A stretch of DNA of 64,000 nucleotides from NCBI GenBank assembly GCA_965222225.1, contig CBDCTK010000002.1, positions 4,102,296-4,166,295 of the forward strand. The letters are read 5' to 3'. Under the pieces are notes generated by a model. It was not told the DNA's origin. It was given only the letters and a program-made list of their open reading frames with translations, and did not search any database. A program made the position numbers and the translations under genes. Positions 29,739-39,345 of this stretch are shown piece after piece; position 1 is the first letter of the stretch, and each line of letters opens with the position of its first letter. This DNA is from Candidatus Poribacteria bacterium. Its GTDB lineage: Bacteria; Poribacteria; WGA-4E; JAJDTR01.

Positions 29739-30731
29739 ATGCCGTTAAAATCGAACTACAGACTGCTGTTTTTCGCAGGACTTTTTGCCATTCTATTGAC
29801 TGAGGCGATGGTCGCGAGAAACGCGCTCGCCTTCAACACAAGTCGGATTGTTTTTGCATCCCTGAGAGATGGCAACAAGGAAATCTATGTAATGGATGCC
29901 GATGGAGGAAACCAAGAAAACCTGACAAACAATCCAGCGTATGACGGCCAGCCGGATTGGTCCCCTGACGGGACGAAGATTGCATTCGTTTCCCGCCGAG
30001 ACGGCGTTTCTCAAATCTACGTAATGAACGCCGATGGAAAGAACCCGATTAGACTGACAGATGGACCGCGGTGGAAGCGGGATCCAGACTGGTCTCCCGA
30101 TGGGGGTAAGATTGCATTCACCGTCAACGCAGATTGGAAAAAAGAAGAGTGGTTAGATCATATCGCCGTGATGGATGCTGATGGAAATAATCGTGTGAAG
30201 CATGAAGACCACGCGATGCAGCCATCATGGTCTCCTGATGGGGGTGAGATTGCATTCACATCCTGGAGAGATGATTGGAACTGGGATATTTACGTGATAG
30301 GCGCTGACAGACGGGGGCTTAAAAGGGTGACGCACGATTTAGCGCCTAAATTCAGACCAGCGTTTTCTCCCGACGGGGGACGGATTGCATACATGTCCGA
30401 GCACGAAGGATTCAATCACATCTATGTGGTGGGGGCGGATGGTAGAAATCGGGTGAGGCTTACGCACAATCAAGAGAATCATTTGGACCCCGCATGGTCT
30501 ACCGATGGACAGGCGATTGCATATTATCTCTCGGAGGGCATCTGGCCCGGGAACTTTCGCAGCACGATGCACTTGATGGCCTCCAATGGAAGGTATATTA
30601 GGCAACTTAGCGATGGCCGTAATGCGCGCGATCTCTACCCCGACATTAGCCCGCTAGGATTTGCTGTGTCCCCAGCCGCGAAGTTTGTCACCATCTGGGG
30701 CAAGATCAAAATGCTAACATTGGGTCGTTGA
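29739..30731 (+). CDS. TolB-like PD40 beta-propeller secreted protein, paralog 1
   Basis: AGGAGG 7 nt upstream of ATG 29739 (ORF track starts at GTG 29709); signal peptide; six or more PD40 units (P.WSPDG.KIAF.S.RDG...IYVMDADG.N..RLT); conserved C-terminal tail VTIWGKIKMLTLGR. Confidence 0.75.
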   Translation: MPLKSNYRLLFFAGLFAILLTEAMVARNALAFNTSRIVFASLRDGNKEIYVMDADGGNQENLTNNPAYDGQPDWSPDGTKIAFVSRRDGVSQIYVMNADGKNPIRLTDGPRWKRDPDWSPDGGKIAFTVNADWKKEEWLDHIAVMDADGNNRVKHEDHAMQPSWSPDGGEIAFTSWRDDWNWDIYVIGADRRGLKRVTHDLAPKFRPAFSPDGGRIAYMSEHEGFNHIYVVGADGRNRVRLTHNQENHLDPAWSTDGQAIAYYLSEGIWPGNFRSTMHLMASNGRYIRQLSDGRNARDLYPDISPLGFAVSPAAKFVTIWGKIKMLTLGR

Positions 30732-30785
30732 TGATGTGTGCGACGCGGTTGACACATCCGCTTATTTTCAAAATAGGAGGAACAG

Positions 30786-31763
30786 ATGTCATTCACAGCT
30801 AGACGATTCTTGACTACAATGCTTGTCGTCTCCGTGTTAATCCAGATGCAGTTTGCTAAAAGCGGTTACGCCGCTCAGAGACCCAAGATTGCCTTCAGCT
30901 CTACGAGAGATGGAAACAGCGAAATCTACGTCATGGATATTGACGGACGTAATCATGTAAGACTAACGTATGATCCGGCGATTGACTATGATCCGTCGTG
31001 GTCTCCGAATGGCGATAGGATTGCGTTTGTCTCCAACAGAGACAATGGAGTTGAACAAATCTACGTCTTGGATTCTGACGGACGGAATTTGATGAGACTG
31101 ACAAACGAAGCGGTAAATCGGGAGCCGACGTGGTCTCCCACCGGAGAAAAGATTGCGTACACTCGCAGCAGAGGAGGACGTCAGGTTTGGGTAATGGACG
31201 ACGACGGACAAAACCAGACACGTTTGACTCAAATAGGCAAGAACCTTCACCCAGCCTGGTCGCCTGATGGGGTACGAATTGCCTTCGTATCCGTTAGGGA
31301 CGGAAGGACCGGTATATACGCAATGGATAAGAACGGTAATAATCAGGAAAGAATCACCCTACACATGGTGATTCCGGGCCATCCATCGTGGTCTCCCGAC
31401 GGTAAATGGATTGCGTATGAATCTCTTGACGAAGAAAGCAAATTTCAAATCTTTCTCGTGAAAACCGATGGCAGCGGTCTTTCGAAAAGGCTAACACACA
31501 ATCCACCGAATAAATGGCGTCCTGCATGGTCCCCCGATGGCGACACGATTGCCTACGTGTCAGTAGAGCCCTTTCCCTTCCAAAATATGACGATTCACTT
31601 GATGACTGCCCGTGGAAATCATCTTAAACAACTCAGTGAGGAGCACAATGGTTCGGATAACGATCCCGATTGGTATGCTCCGGTAGGATGGTCGGTGTCT
31701 CCCGCCGCAAACTTCATTACCATGTGGGGCGAGATTAAAAAGCCAACATCGGCTCTCCGTTGA
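30786..31763 (+). CDS. TolB-like PD40 beta-propeller secreted protein, paralog 2
   Basis: AGGAGG RBS, signal peptide, PD40 repeats, tail ITMWGEIKKPTSALR. Confidence 0.75.
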   Translation: MSFTARRFLTTMLVVSVLIQMQFAKSGYAAQRPKIAFSSTRDGNSEIYVMDIDGRNHVRLTYDPAIDYDPSWSPNGDRIAFVSNRDNGVEQIYVLDSDGRNLMRLTNEAVNREPTWSPTGEKIAYTRSRGGRQVWVMDDDGQNQTRLTQIGKNLHPAWSPDGVRIAFVSVRDGRTGIYAMDKNGNNQERITLHMVIPGHPSWSPDGKWIAYESLDEESKFQIFLVKTDGSGLSKRLTHNPPNKWRPAWSPDGDTIAYVSVEPFPFQNMTIHLMTARGNHLKQLSEEHNGSDNDPDWYAPVGWSVSPAANFITMWGEIKKPTSALR

Positions 31764-31813
31764 TGTGTACGGCGCGCTTGAAACTGCAGCTTTTTTTAAA
31801 AAAGGAGGAACAG

Positions 31814-32790
31814 ATGTCATTCAAAGCTAGACAACTGACGGGGACAGCGCTTGTCATCTCCCTGCTAATCCAGATGCACATTGCAGCAAGCAGTTACGCC
31901 TCTCGCAGAACCAAGATAGCCTTCACCTCTACGCGTGACGGGAATACTGAAATTTATGTCATGGATGGTGACGGGAGTAACCAGAGAAGAGTAACGGTAA
32001 ATCCAGCAAGTGATGAATATCCGGCATGGTCTCCCGACGGCAAAAAGATTGCCTTTGTTTCCAATAGAAACAACGTAAACAAAGATCACAAGCAAATCTG
32101 GGTGATCGACGCCGACGGGTAGAACCCGATTAGACTGACGGACGGGTTGGTGGACTCTTATCCGGATTGGTCGCCAGACGGCACGAAAATTGTGTACGAC
32201 GCCCATCTTCATCCAGAGGAACATCATGTAGCCCCCGCCGGGATTACTGTAATGGATGCGGATGGGAACAACAAGAGACTACTTACGGGTGAAGGCGCAC
32301 ATGCGTCGTGGTCGCCCGATGGAAAACGAATAGCATTTGTCTCCGGTAGAAATGAAAAAGTCAGTCACATTTTCGTAATGGATGCCGACGGACAGAATCA
32401 GATAGAGTTAACGCATGACTTCGTGCATAAACGTCTGCCATCATGGTCACCCGACGGGAAGCGCATCGCGTATGTGGGCGATAACGTGATTTGGGTGGTG
32501 GATAGCGACGGAGCGAACCAGAGGCAACTCACCAATATAATTACGGAAGAACACCCTACATGGTCACCGGACAGTGAATCCATTGCTTTTCACTCTTTTA
32601 CAAGGGATCGTGGAACTGGGATTTACATGGTGGATGTAACTAACGGCGCTGTCGACGTTTTGCAAGTTGATCCCGCGTTCTTTAATCTCGACCCGATTGG
32701 CTCTATCCCGGAGGACTCTCCGTTTCGCCGGAAGGTAGCCGGATTACAATTTGGGGCAGGATGAAGAGTACCGCGCTCAGCCTCCGGTGA
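31814..32790 (+). pseudogene. TolB-like PD40 paralog 3 with in-frame TAG (32120..32122, Lys in paralog 4) and a 1-nt deletion near 32690
   Basis: IDADG*NPIRLTDG vs paralog 4 IDADGKNPIRLTDG; conserved tail ITIWGRMKSTALSLR only readable in the +1 frame after CCGATT vs CCGGATT difference. Confidence 0.7.
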
Positions 32791-32952
32791 GGGGTGCGCT
32801 TGGTCGGTGGCAGTTAACGTTGTCTGAACTGTGATTCATGAGAATACGGGATTACCTTGATTGTACGTGATTAGTTGCGAGTCATGAGGCGACTATTCCG
32901 CATCTTGCAGCCACTAGGAATTAGGGAAAAAACCTAGTCTATAAGAAAAAAG

Positions 32953-33105
32953 GGATGAACGGAGTGAACAGCGAGTGGGATGGACTATCGCACGGGATTT
33001 GCTATCGATCAAGTGAGCGAAAAGCGAACGCGATAGCCAGTCTTGCTCCTTATTCAGTCGCTTGATCGATATTCACTCACTTGACCGATAGAGGTCCCTT
33101 GCGCT
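32953..33105 (+). repeat. modular dispersed repeat, composite copy with internal inverted words
   Basis: GATCAAGTGAGCGAAAAGCGAACGCGATAG ... CGCTTGATCGAT ... TTCACTCACTTGACCGATAGAGGTCCC. Confidence 0.5.
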
Positions 33106-33175
33106 AAAAACTGTCGGTTGATGTCTAGAATATTGTAATTCGCATATTAATTTTGCTCTGACTAAGGAGGAAAAA

Positions 33176-34162
33176 ATGACATTCAAAGCTAGACGCTTGT
33201 CCGTGGCAGCGCGTGTCATGTCTCTGTTAATACAGATGCACATTGCAGAAAACGGTTACGCCTCTCGCAGAACCAAGATCGCCTTCTCCTCTATGCGTGA
33301 CGGGAATTTGGAAATTTATGTCATGGATGGCGACGGGAGAAACCAGAGAAGAGTAGCGGTAAATCCGGCAAGGGACGAATATCCGGCATGGTCTCCCGAC
33401 GGGAAAAAGATTGCGTTTGAATCCAATCGAAACAATGTAAACAAAGATCACAGGCAAATTTGGGTGATCGACGCCGACGGGAAGAACCCGATTCGACTGA
33501 CGGACGGGTTGGTGGACACTCATCCGGATTGGTCGCCAGACGGCACGAAAATTGTGTACGACGCCTATCTTGTTCCAGAGGACCATAATTTAGCACCCGG
33601 TGGGATTGCTGTAATGGATGCGGATGGGAACAACAAGAGGTTAGTTAAGAATGCAAGAGGCTCACAATCGTCCTGGTCGCCCGATGGAAAACGAATAGCA
33701 TTTATCGCCGGTAAAAATCCTGGTGACGACTCTCAAATTTACGTAATGGATGTCGACGGACGAAATCGGTTGCAGTTAACGCATGACTTTGTGCACAAAC
33801 GTTTGCCATCATGGTCACACGACGGGAAGCGCATCGCGTATGGTGGCGACAACGTGATTTGGGTGGTGGATAGCGACGGAGAGAATCCGAGGCAACTCAC
33901 GTGGCATGTTACGGAAGAACACCCTACATGGTCACCGGACAGCGAATCCATCGCGTTTCACTCTTTTGGAAGGGATCCTGGAATTGTTGGGATTTACACG
34001 GTGGATGTAACTATCGGCGCTGTCGACCCTTTGCCAAGTGATCCCGGCTTCCAGAATTACTATCCGGATTGGCTCTATCCCGGAGGACTCTCCGTTTCGC
34101 CGGAAGGTAGCCAGAATACAATTTGGGGCAGGATAAAGCAATTGGCGGTCAACCTGCGGTAG
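33176..34162 (+). CDS. TolB-like PD40 beta-propeller secreted protein, paralog 4
   Basis: AGGAGG RBS, signal peptide, PD40 repeats, tail NTIWGRIKQLAVNLR. Confidence 0.75.
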   Translation: MTFKARRLSVAARVMSLLIQMHIAENGYASRRTKIAFSSMRDGNLEIYVMDGDGRNQRRVAVNPARDEYPAWSPDGKKIAFESNRNNVNKDHRQIWVIDADGKNPIRLTDGLVDTHPDWSPDGTKIVYDAYLVPEDHNLAPGGIAVMDADGNNKRLVKNARGSQSSWSPDGKRIAFIAGKNPGDDSQIYVMDVDGRNRLQLTHDFVHKRLPSWSHDGKRIAYGGDNVIWVVDSDGENPRQLTWHVTEEHPTWSPDSESIAFHSFGRDPGIVGIYTVDVTIGAVDPLPSDPGFQNYYPDWLYPGGLSVSPEGSQNTIWGRIKQLAVNLR

Positions 34163-34305
34163 TTTGCACACCGAATCGGTGAAATCGAAGGGATTGCGGC
34201 GTGCCGCTCCGCTACCTAGTTCATTGGTGGTACATCCGTGCGGCAAGCTTACCACATTAAAGGAGGGAGAACATGCGAATCAAGTCGATAAATAAACGAG
34301 AGTAT

Positions 34306-34713
34306 TCACACAAAGATAGATAAGGCAATCTTCTGATACCGACGGAAGACCTCTGGGTTGGTCAAAGCAGTCCATAACTTCATGGCATTGTCCACCATCT
34401 CAAGTTTCTTGGATACTATTTTGGTGCGGCGTGTGAATCGTCCAAGATGATGGCGTGTATTGCTGTTATCACGTTCGACTGTTGCTGTCCCTGATTTCCC
34501 GATGTGATGACGCTCCGCAGGAAGTACCTTGGCAAACGCTTCCCAATTGTCAGTGTAATACTGGCAATCACTTAAGTGTTTCACTTTGTCGAATAGCCGT
34601 CTGAAGGTATCAGCATCACGACCACCGATAACCCAGGCAACGGTTTTGCCTGTTTCACGAGAAACTGCTTTGTGAATCCATCTTTTGTTTTTTTTGACCC
34701 GATAAAATGCCAC
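34306..34713 (-). CDS. insB: IS1-family InsB-like transposase ORF, expressed by -1 frameshift from insA
   Basis: KKNKRWIHKAVSRETGKTVAWVIGGRDADTF resembles IS1 InsB [26 protein letters not shown]; stop lies inside the terminal IR as in IS1. Confidence 0.7.
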   Translation of the reverse strand: MAFYRVKKNKRWIHKAVSRETGKTVAWVIGGRDADTFRRLFDKVKHLSDCQYYTDNWEAFAKVLPAERHHIGKSGTATVERDNSNTRHHLGRFTRRTKIVSKKLEMVDNAMKLWTALTNPEVFRRYQKIALSIFV

Positions 34714-35024
34714 ATCTCATCAAATTCCAATTCACGGGTATTGATTGGAATCTCAGGCTCCGACAACAGGGCTGCTTCCTTTGCAGGCCATTTTTGAACA
34801 GTACTTGGCGATACATTAAACAAGTTGGCAATAGTGCCGTAAGACGCTTTTGCAAGCGAGTAGAGAATTACTGCAAAAGCACGCTTGATGGTGGTTTGAG
34901 GGTTGGTTCTCTCGTCTCCCTCAACGAAATTATAACCGCACGTTTTACAACGGTATCGCTGTTTGGAACGAACGAATCCGTTTTTCGTGACTTCCGAACT
35001 TTGACAGTTCTTACAGTTTGACAT
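34581..35024 (-). CDS. insA: IS1-family InsA-like protein (zinc finger + HTH)
   Basis: CKNCQSSEVTKNGFVRSKQRYRCKTCGYNF zinc finger then HTH, then ELEFDEMWHFIGSKK at the slippery run, as in IS1 InsA/InsAB'. Confidence 0.7.
   Translation of the reverse strand: MSNCKNCQSSEVTKNGFVRSKQRYRCKTCGYNFVEGDERTNPQTTIKRAFAVILYSLAKASYGTIANLFNVSPSTVQKWPAKEAALLSEPEIPINTRELEFDEMWHFIGSKKTKDGFTKQFLVKQAKPLPGLSVVVMLIPSDGYSTK
34688..34695 (-). promoter_or_regulatory. programmed -1 ribosomal frameshift site (A8 run, TCAAAAAAAAC) between insA and insB
   Basis: minus strand UCA AAA AAA ACA in the insA frame becomes AAA AAA AAC AAA AGA UGG in the insB frame after -1 slip; same A6C-type site as in IS1. Confidence 0.6.
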
Positions 35025-35083
35025 AATATCTCCTTCCTGACCTTTCTGGTTAGTTAGAAGAATTATATCATAAATCTATCTAT

Positions 35084-36067
35084 ATGGCAATACTCTCAAG
35101 TAAACTTCTGTTTTTCATGGGACTATGCACATCCTTGGTGAGTGGGGAGCTATTGGTGGGAACCGGATTTACCTCGCACCACAAACCACAGATTGCATTC
35201 ACTTCTATAAAAGATAGGAATGCTGAAATCTATGTGATGGATGCCGATGGAGAAAACCAAATCAGGTTAACAAAACATGTGGCGAGTGACCGTCATCCCT
35301 CGTGGTCTCCCGATGGGGAGCGGATTGCATTCACTTCCAATAGAATTAGTATTGGCGGTGAAATGTACGTGATGGATAGCGATGGAAAGAATCTGATTAG
35401 GTTAACAAATGGAGAATGGGACACAAATCCAGCGTGGTCTCCTGACGGAAAAAAGATCGCCTTCGAGTCCTCTCCAGCGAAAGGTAATTCTGAGATATAC
35501 GTGATGGATGCCGATGGAAGAAATCAGACCCGACTAACAGATAGTCCGAGGTATGACGGACACCCGTCATGGTCGCCCGACGGTCAAAGGATTGCATTCG
35601 TATCGCAAAGGGGTGGTTTCAGGATTCAAATCTACGTGATGGACAGCAACGGCGAGAATCAGACGAGATTAACACACGATGGCGGGAATAAGCGTGAGCC
35701 CTCATGGTCTCCTGACGGGCAAAGCATCGCTTTCATGCTCAACAATTTTGCCTCGATTCAAATCTACGTGATGGATAGCGACGGCAAGAATCGGACAAGG
35801 TTAACAGACGGAAGGCACGACTGGAGTCCAGCTTGGTCGCCGGACGGCGAGATGATTGCATACGAGTCGTGGATAGGGGAAGACTTCCTTAGCAAAATCC
35901 ACTTGATGACTGCCGACGGAATGTACCTCAAACAACTCAGCGACTTGCACGAACGTGGAGATTACGATCCTGACTGGTTTGATCCTGCATCGCTTGGTGT
36001 GACTTCCGTAGGCATCACAATTACAATCTGGGGCAGGATCAAGAGATTAGCGTTGAACCTCCAGTAA
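35084..36067 (+). CDS. TolB-like PD40 beta-propeller secreted protein, paralog 5 (start codon lies inside the IS1 terminal repeat)
   Basis: signal peptide MAILSSKLLFFMGLCTSLVSG, PD40 repeats, tail ITIWGRIKRLALNLQ. Confidence 0.7.
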   Translation: MAILSSKLLFFMGLCTSLVSGELLVGTGFTSHHKPQIAFTSIKDRNAEIYVMDADGENQIRLTKHVASDRHPSWSPDGERIAFTSNRISIGGEMYVMDSDGKNLIRLTNGEWDTNPAWSPDGKKIAFESSPAKGNSEIYVMDADGRNQTRLTDSPRYDGHPSWSPDGQRIAFVSQRGGFRIQIYVMDSNGENQTRLTHDGGNKREPSWSPDGQSIAFMLNNFASIQIYVMDSDGKNRTRLTDGRHDWSPAWSPDGEMIAYESWIGEDFLSKIHLMTADGMYLKQLSDLHERGDYDPDWFDPASLGVTSVGITITIWGRIKRLALNLQ

Positions 36068-36244
36068 ATCGCACATTTACTCGACGTATTGCATTGTTTG
36101 AAACTGATTTAATTCAAATGAAAAATGTGCTCATGCGGATTAGAACCGATTGGCTGCCAGATTTATAGCCATTTTACCATCATATTTACACATATTAAAG
36201 AGAGAAATTGTCGATTTGAAGATTGTTACGACAAGCCTACTGTA

Positions 36245-36282
36245 GGGGATCAAAGGAGCGGATAGCGACTGCGATAGAGATC
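36245..36282 (+). repeat. copy of modular dispersed repeat
   Basis: GGGGATCAAAGGAGCGGATAGCGACTGCGATAGAGATC. Confidence 0.6.
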
Positions 36283-36418
36283 TTCTCCAGGCCGAGACTT
36301 CATATCGCGAGCAGAACTCGCTCCTACAGAAGACGCGCAGTAAATTGCACTACTACAAACTGACCAACGTAAATCCTATATGTAAAATTCTTAGTTATAG
36401 CGACTATAGTCGAAACCC

Positions 36419-37639
36419 CTAAACCGCTTTGCTTTCGAGCCAGTCCTTTGTCACCTCGATTCCGAATCCGGGCGCGTCGCTCGGCGTAAGGTAACCCCCT
36501 TTTATGACGGGTGTCCCCGGTAAAACGACCTGTTCTTCGAGTGGCACTCCCGGCGGTGACACACCCTCCGAGCGCTCACCCCACTGTATGGCGGGCATTG
36601 CGTACGAAACATGCTGCCCGTAAGGGTAATTCATGCCGGCATGGCTGATGACACTCAGACCGTGCGCTTCGGCGATGTGGCAAATCCGTACCAGCGCCGT
36701 GACGCCGCCGACCCACTGAATATCCGGCTGCAATATGTCGACCAATCCTTTCCCCGCCGCCAATGCGAATGGGTGAATAGTGTACCAATGTTCGCCGGTG
36801 GCGAGAATCTGCGACGGCACCCGCTCTCGCACTTTGAAGTAGCTGTCCAAATCTTCCGGCAGCAGGTAGTCTTCGAGCCACTTCAGGCGGTATGGTTTCA
36901 ACGCTTCGACGAGCCTCACGACGTATTCCACATTAAACGACATCCACGCATCCAGCATGAGTTCAACATCATCGCCTATCTGCTCCCGAGTCCTTGCAAC
37001 CAACTCTTCCGTCGCTCGGATTCCTTCGATTCCCGATTCAGGCCCATGTCGCGCGAAAAGTTTGACGGCTTTAAATCCCAGTTCCAAGAACCACGCGATA
37101 CTATTCTCCGTACCGTATGATATATCCGTATTGCTGGCGTAGCAGAATATTTTGTCCTTTTGGGGTCCGCCGAGAAGTTCGTAGACAGGGCGCTTGAGTA
37201 ATTTGCCTTTCAGGTCCCATAAGGCGTTGTCCACGGCGCTGATAGCGTAGCTAGCCAACCCCGCGCTATGGTACGGCGCAGAACCTCGACGCATCAAATC
37301 CCATATTTTCTCGGTGGCAACACAGTTTTGGCCGGTAAGCAAAGGAGCAAGTTGGTCGTTTATGATGCTGAGTACCGGGCCGCTATTCGTTGTCATTCCC
37401 AGTCCCCAGGTTCCGTCCTCGGCAGTCACAACGCAGGCGAGGCGCGTCCAATCGGCTGTCCAATCACTTCTCTTGAATTCGGAGTATCGCGCCATCGGAC
37501 TGGTGAACCCGTCGGTCTCAACGCGGGGAACACGAGGTTCGGTCTTGGACTCGGGGGTAAGGTTAACTGCAACAGCACGAATATCTTTTATCTTCACTTC
37601 TGTTGCTCCTTTATGAATGGAGAATGGCAACGTTAGCAA
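36419..37639 (-). CDS. enolase-superfamily dehydratase, RhmD-like, paralog of 6345..7520
   Basis: ISAVDNALWDLKGKLLKRPVYELLGGP, ATGEHWY, QPDIQWVGGVTAL motifs; about 45% identical to the other copy. Confidence 0.8.
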   Translation of the reverse strand: MLTLPFSIHKGATEVKIKDIRAVAVNLTPESKTEPRVPRVETDGFTSPMARYSEFKRSDWTADWTRLACVVTAEDGTWGLGMTTNSGPVLSIINDQLAPLLTGQNCVATEKIWDLMRRGSAPYHSAGLASYAISAVDNALWDLKGKLLKRPVYELLGGPQKDKIFCYASNTDISYGTENSIAWFLELGFKAVKLFARHGPESGIEGIRATEELVARTREQIGDDVELMLDAWMSFNVEYVVRLVEALKPYRLKWLEDYLLPEDLDSYFKVRERVPSQILATGEHWYTIHPFALAAGKGLVDILQPDIQWVGGVTALVRICHIAEAHGLSVISHAGMNYPYGQHVSYAMPAIQWGERSEGVSPPGVPLEEQVVLPGTPVIKGGYLTPSDAPGFGIEVTKDWLESKAV

Positions 37640-37912
37640 TCGCCGGTCTGCAAATCGATTGTCACAAGGTATCTCCCTTGCGCCTAGAATCTATACGCGC
37701 ATTGGATGCGGAAAATCATTATAACACGTCGTTGGACCAGAATCCAACACCGAACCTTTGGTCCCTGAAAGTTGCACCTAGTTTCGGAGAAGTAAGAGTT
37801 AATACCATCTGGTACTGACCAAAGTGACAAAGAACTAAGCGATAATGCCGGTGGCTGTGCCGTTTTTTGCTGTTGACACCCCTAAGCAAATTGGTATAAT
37901 TGGATTGACGAT

Positions 37913-39058
37913 TTGTTAGTTCCCAATTCCCCAGAACCGCGTAATAAGAGTATGCCAATGGAAATGAAATTTAACGTCGGAATTGTCGGAGCCCGTCGAG
38001 GCACTGGGCACATTCTACCGTTTAGCACGATTACTGAAACGGAGGTGGCTGCGCTCTGTGATTTGAATGAGGAAACACTTCACACCGTCGCGACAGCGCA
38101 CGGCATAGCCAAACAATTCACGGACTATGAGAAGCTACTTGAGGACGACGATATACAGATTGTGGTGTTGGCGACTCCCGAAAATCTCCACGTCCCACAG
38201 ACCATCGCGGCGTTAAACGCGGGAAAGCATGTAATCAGTGAAGTAACGGCAGCGGTATCGCTCGATCAGTGTGCGGAATTGGTTCGGGCGGTCAGACAGA
38301 GCCGCACGAAATATATGATGGCTGAGAATTACTGCTACCTCAAATCAAATGTGTTGATTGGCAACATGGTGCGGCAGGGGATGTTCGGGGAAATATATTT
38401 TGGCGAAGGGGAATACCTCCATAGTATCAAATCGCTTCATCACGATAGCGAAGGCAATCCAACGTGGCGCTACTACTGGCAAGTGGGCGTGAATCGTTGT
38501 AACTACGCGACACACCACCTCGGTCCTGTGCTGCAATGGTTTAACGAACGGGTCGTAAGCGTTTGTTGCTTGGGAACCGGTGTGCACACCGACCCTGAAC
38601 ACACAATGGAAGATACAGTGATGATGCTATGCAAGACGGATAGCGGCGCACTCATTAAGATCCGAGTAGATATGTTATCCAACCGTCCTGCCAACTCGTA
38701 CTACAGTCTTCAAGGCACAAAAGGCTGTTATGAAGGCACACGGGGCCTTGGAGATCAGCCGAAAATTTGGTTAGAAGAGTCAGGTCGTGGTGATGAGTGG
38801 ATGCCGCTTTCAGCGGTTGAGGAAGAATTCCTGCCCGAGCGATGGAAAAACCCGCCTCAAGAAGCCGCACATCTAACCGATGGACTCGGCGATTACTTCG
38901 AGCTACGGGACTTTGTGGATTGCATCCTCAAGGACACTGAACCGCCGCTGGATGTCTATACGGCGCTGGATTTTACGGTTCCGGGCTTGGTCTCTGAGCA
39001 GTCGATTGCCAATGGTGGCGCTCCGGTTGAAGTTCCTGACTTCCGAAACATGGACTGA
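37913..39058 (+). CDS. Gfo/Idh/MocA-family NAD(P)-dependent oxidoreductase (start probably Met at 37952/37958)
   Basis: KFNVGIVGARRGTGH Rossmann start and Gfo/Idh/MocA C-terminal domain. Confidence 0.8.
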   Translation: MLVPNSPEPRNKSMPMEMKFNVGIVGARRGTGHILPFSTITETEVAALCDLNEETLHTVATAHGIAKQFTDYEKLLEDDDIQIVVLATPENLHVPQTIAALNAGKHVISEVTAAVSLDQCAELVRAVRQSRTKYMMAENYCYLKSNVLIGNMVRQGMFGEIYFGEGEYLHSIKSLHHDSEGNPTWRYYWQVGVNRCNYATHHLGPVLQWFNERVVSVCCLGTGVHTDPEHTMEDTVMMLCKTDSGALIKIRVDMLSNRPANSYYSLQGTKGCYEGTRGLGDQPKIWLEESGRGDEWMPLSAVEEEFLPERWKNPPQEAAHLTDGLGDYFELRDFVDCILKDTEPPLDVYTALDFTVPGLVSEQSIANGGAPVEVPDFRNMD

Positions 39059-39345
39059 CTTCAGCCGGAGCCCATTCATGGTAGTCGTATTTGATATTCA
39101 GAGTTCCTACCCATAAAGGTGGCCTATCGCCCACCATGTCTATTAAGGCACGCTTCAGACGGCAAAACACACGGATTTAAACCAGGAATCCGAGACAACA
39201 AAACCGTTTGTTCACTGACGAAAGTATGGAAATGAATCTCCACGAAATGAAATGCAAAGCCCTGCGGGAAGAAATGAAAAGGCGTGGACTGAAGGGATAT
39301 TAATCGTTAAATAAAGCCCAACTCATCCAATATATTTCAACCGGC

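Larger units (their letters stand above)
34298..35097 (-). mobile_element. IS1-family insertion sequence (about 800 bp)
   Basis: InsA-like zinc-finger/HTH ORF and InsB-like ORF overlapping at an A8 run; imperfect terminal inverted repeats GAGAGTATTCACACAAAGATAGAT (34298-34321) and revcomp of 35074-35097 GAGAGTATTGCCATATAGATAGAT; flanks TAAATAAAC / AAGTAAACT may be an imperfect 9-bp target duplication. Confidence 0.75.

Noticed and set aside
39190-39300. 25-codon ORF (MEMNLHEMKCKALREEMKRRGLKGY) upstream of the methyltransferase as a possible R-M controller (C) protein
   Set aside because: Far too short for an HTH C-protein (about 80 aa) and no helix-turn-helix pattern
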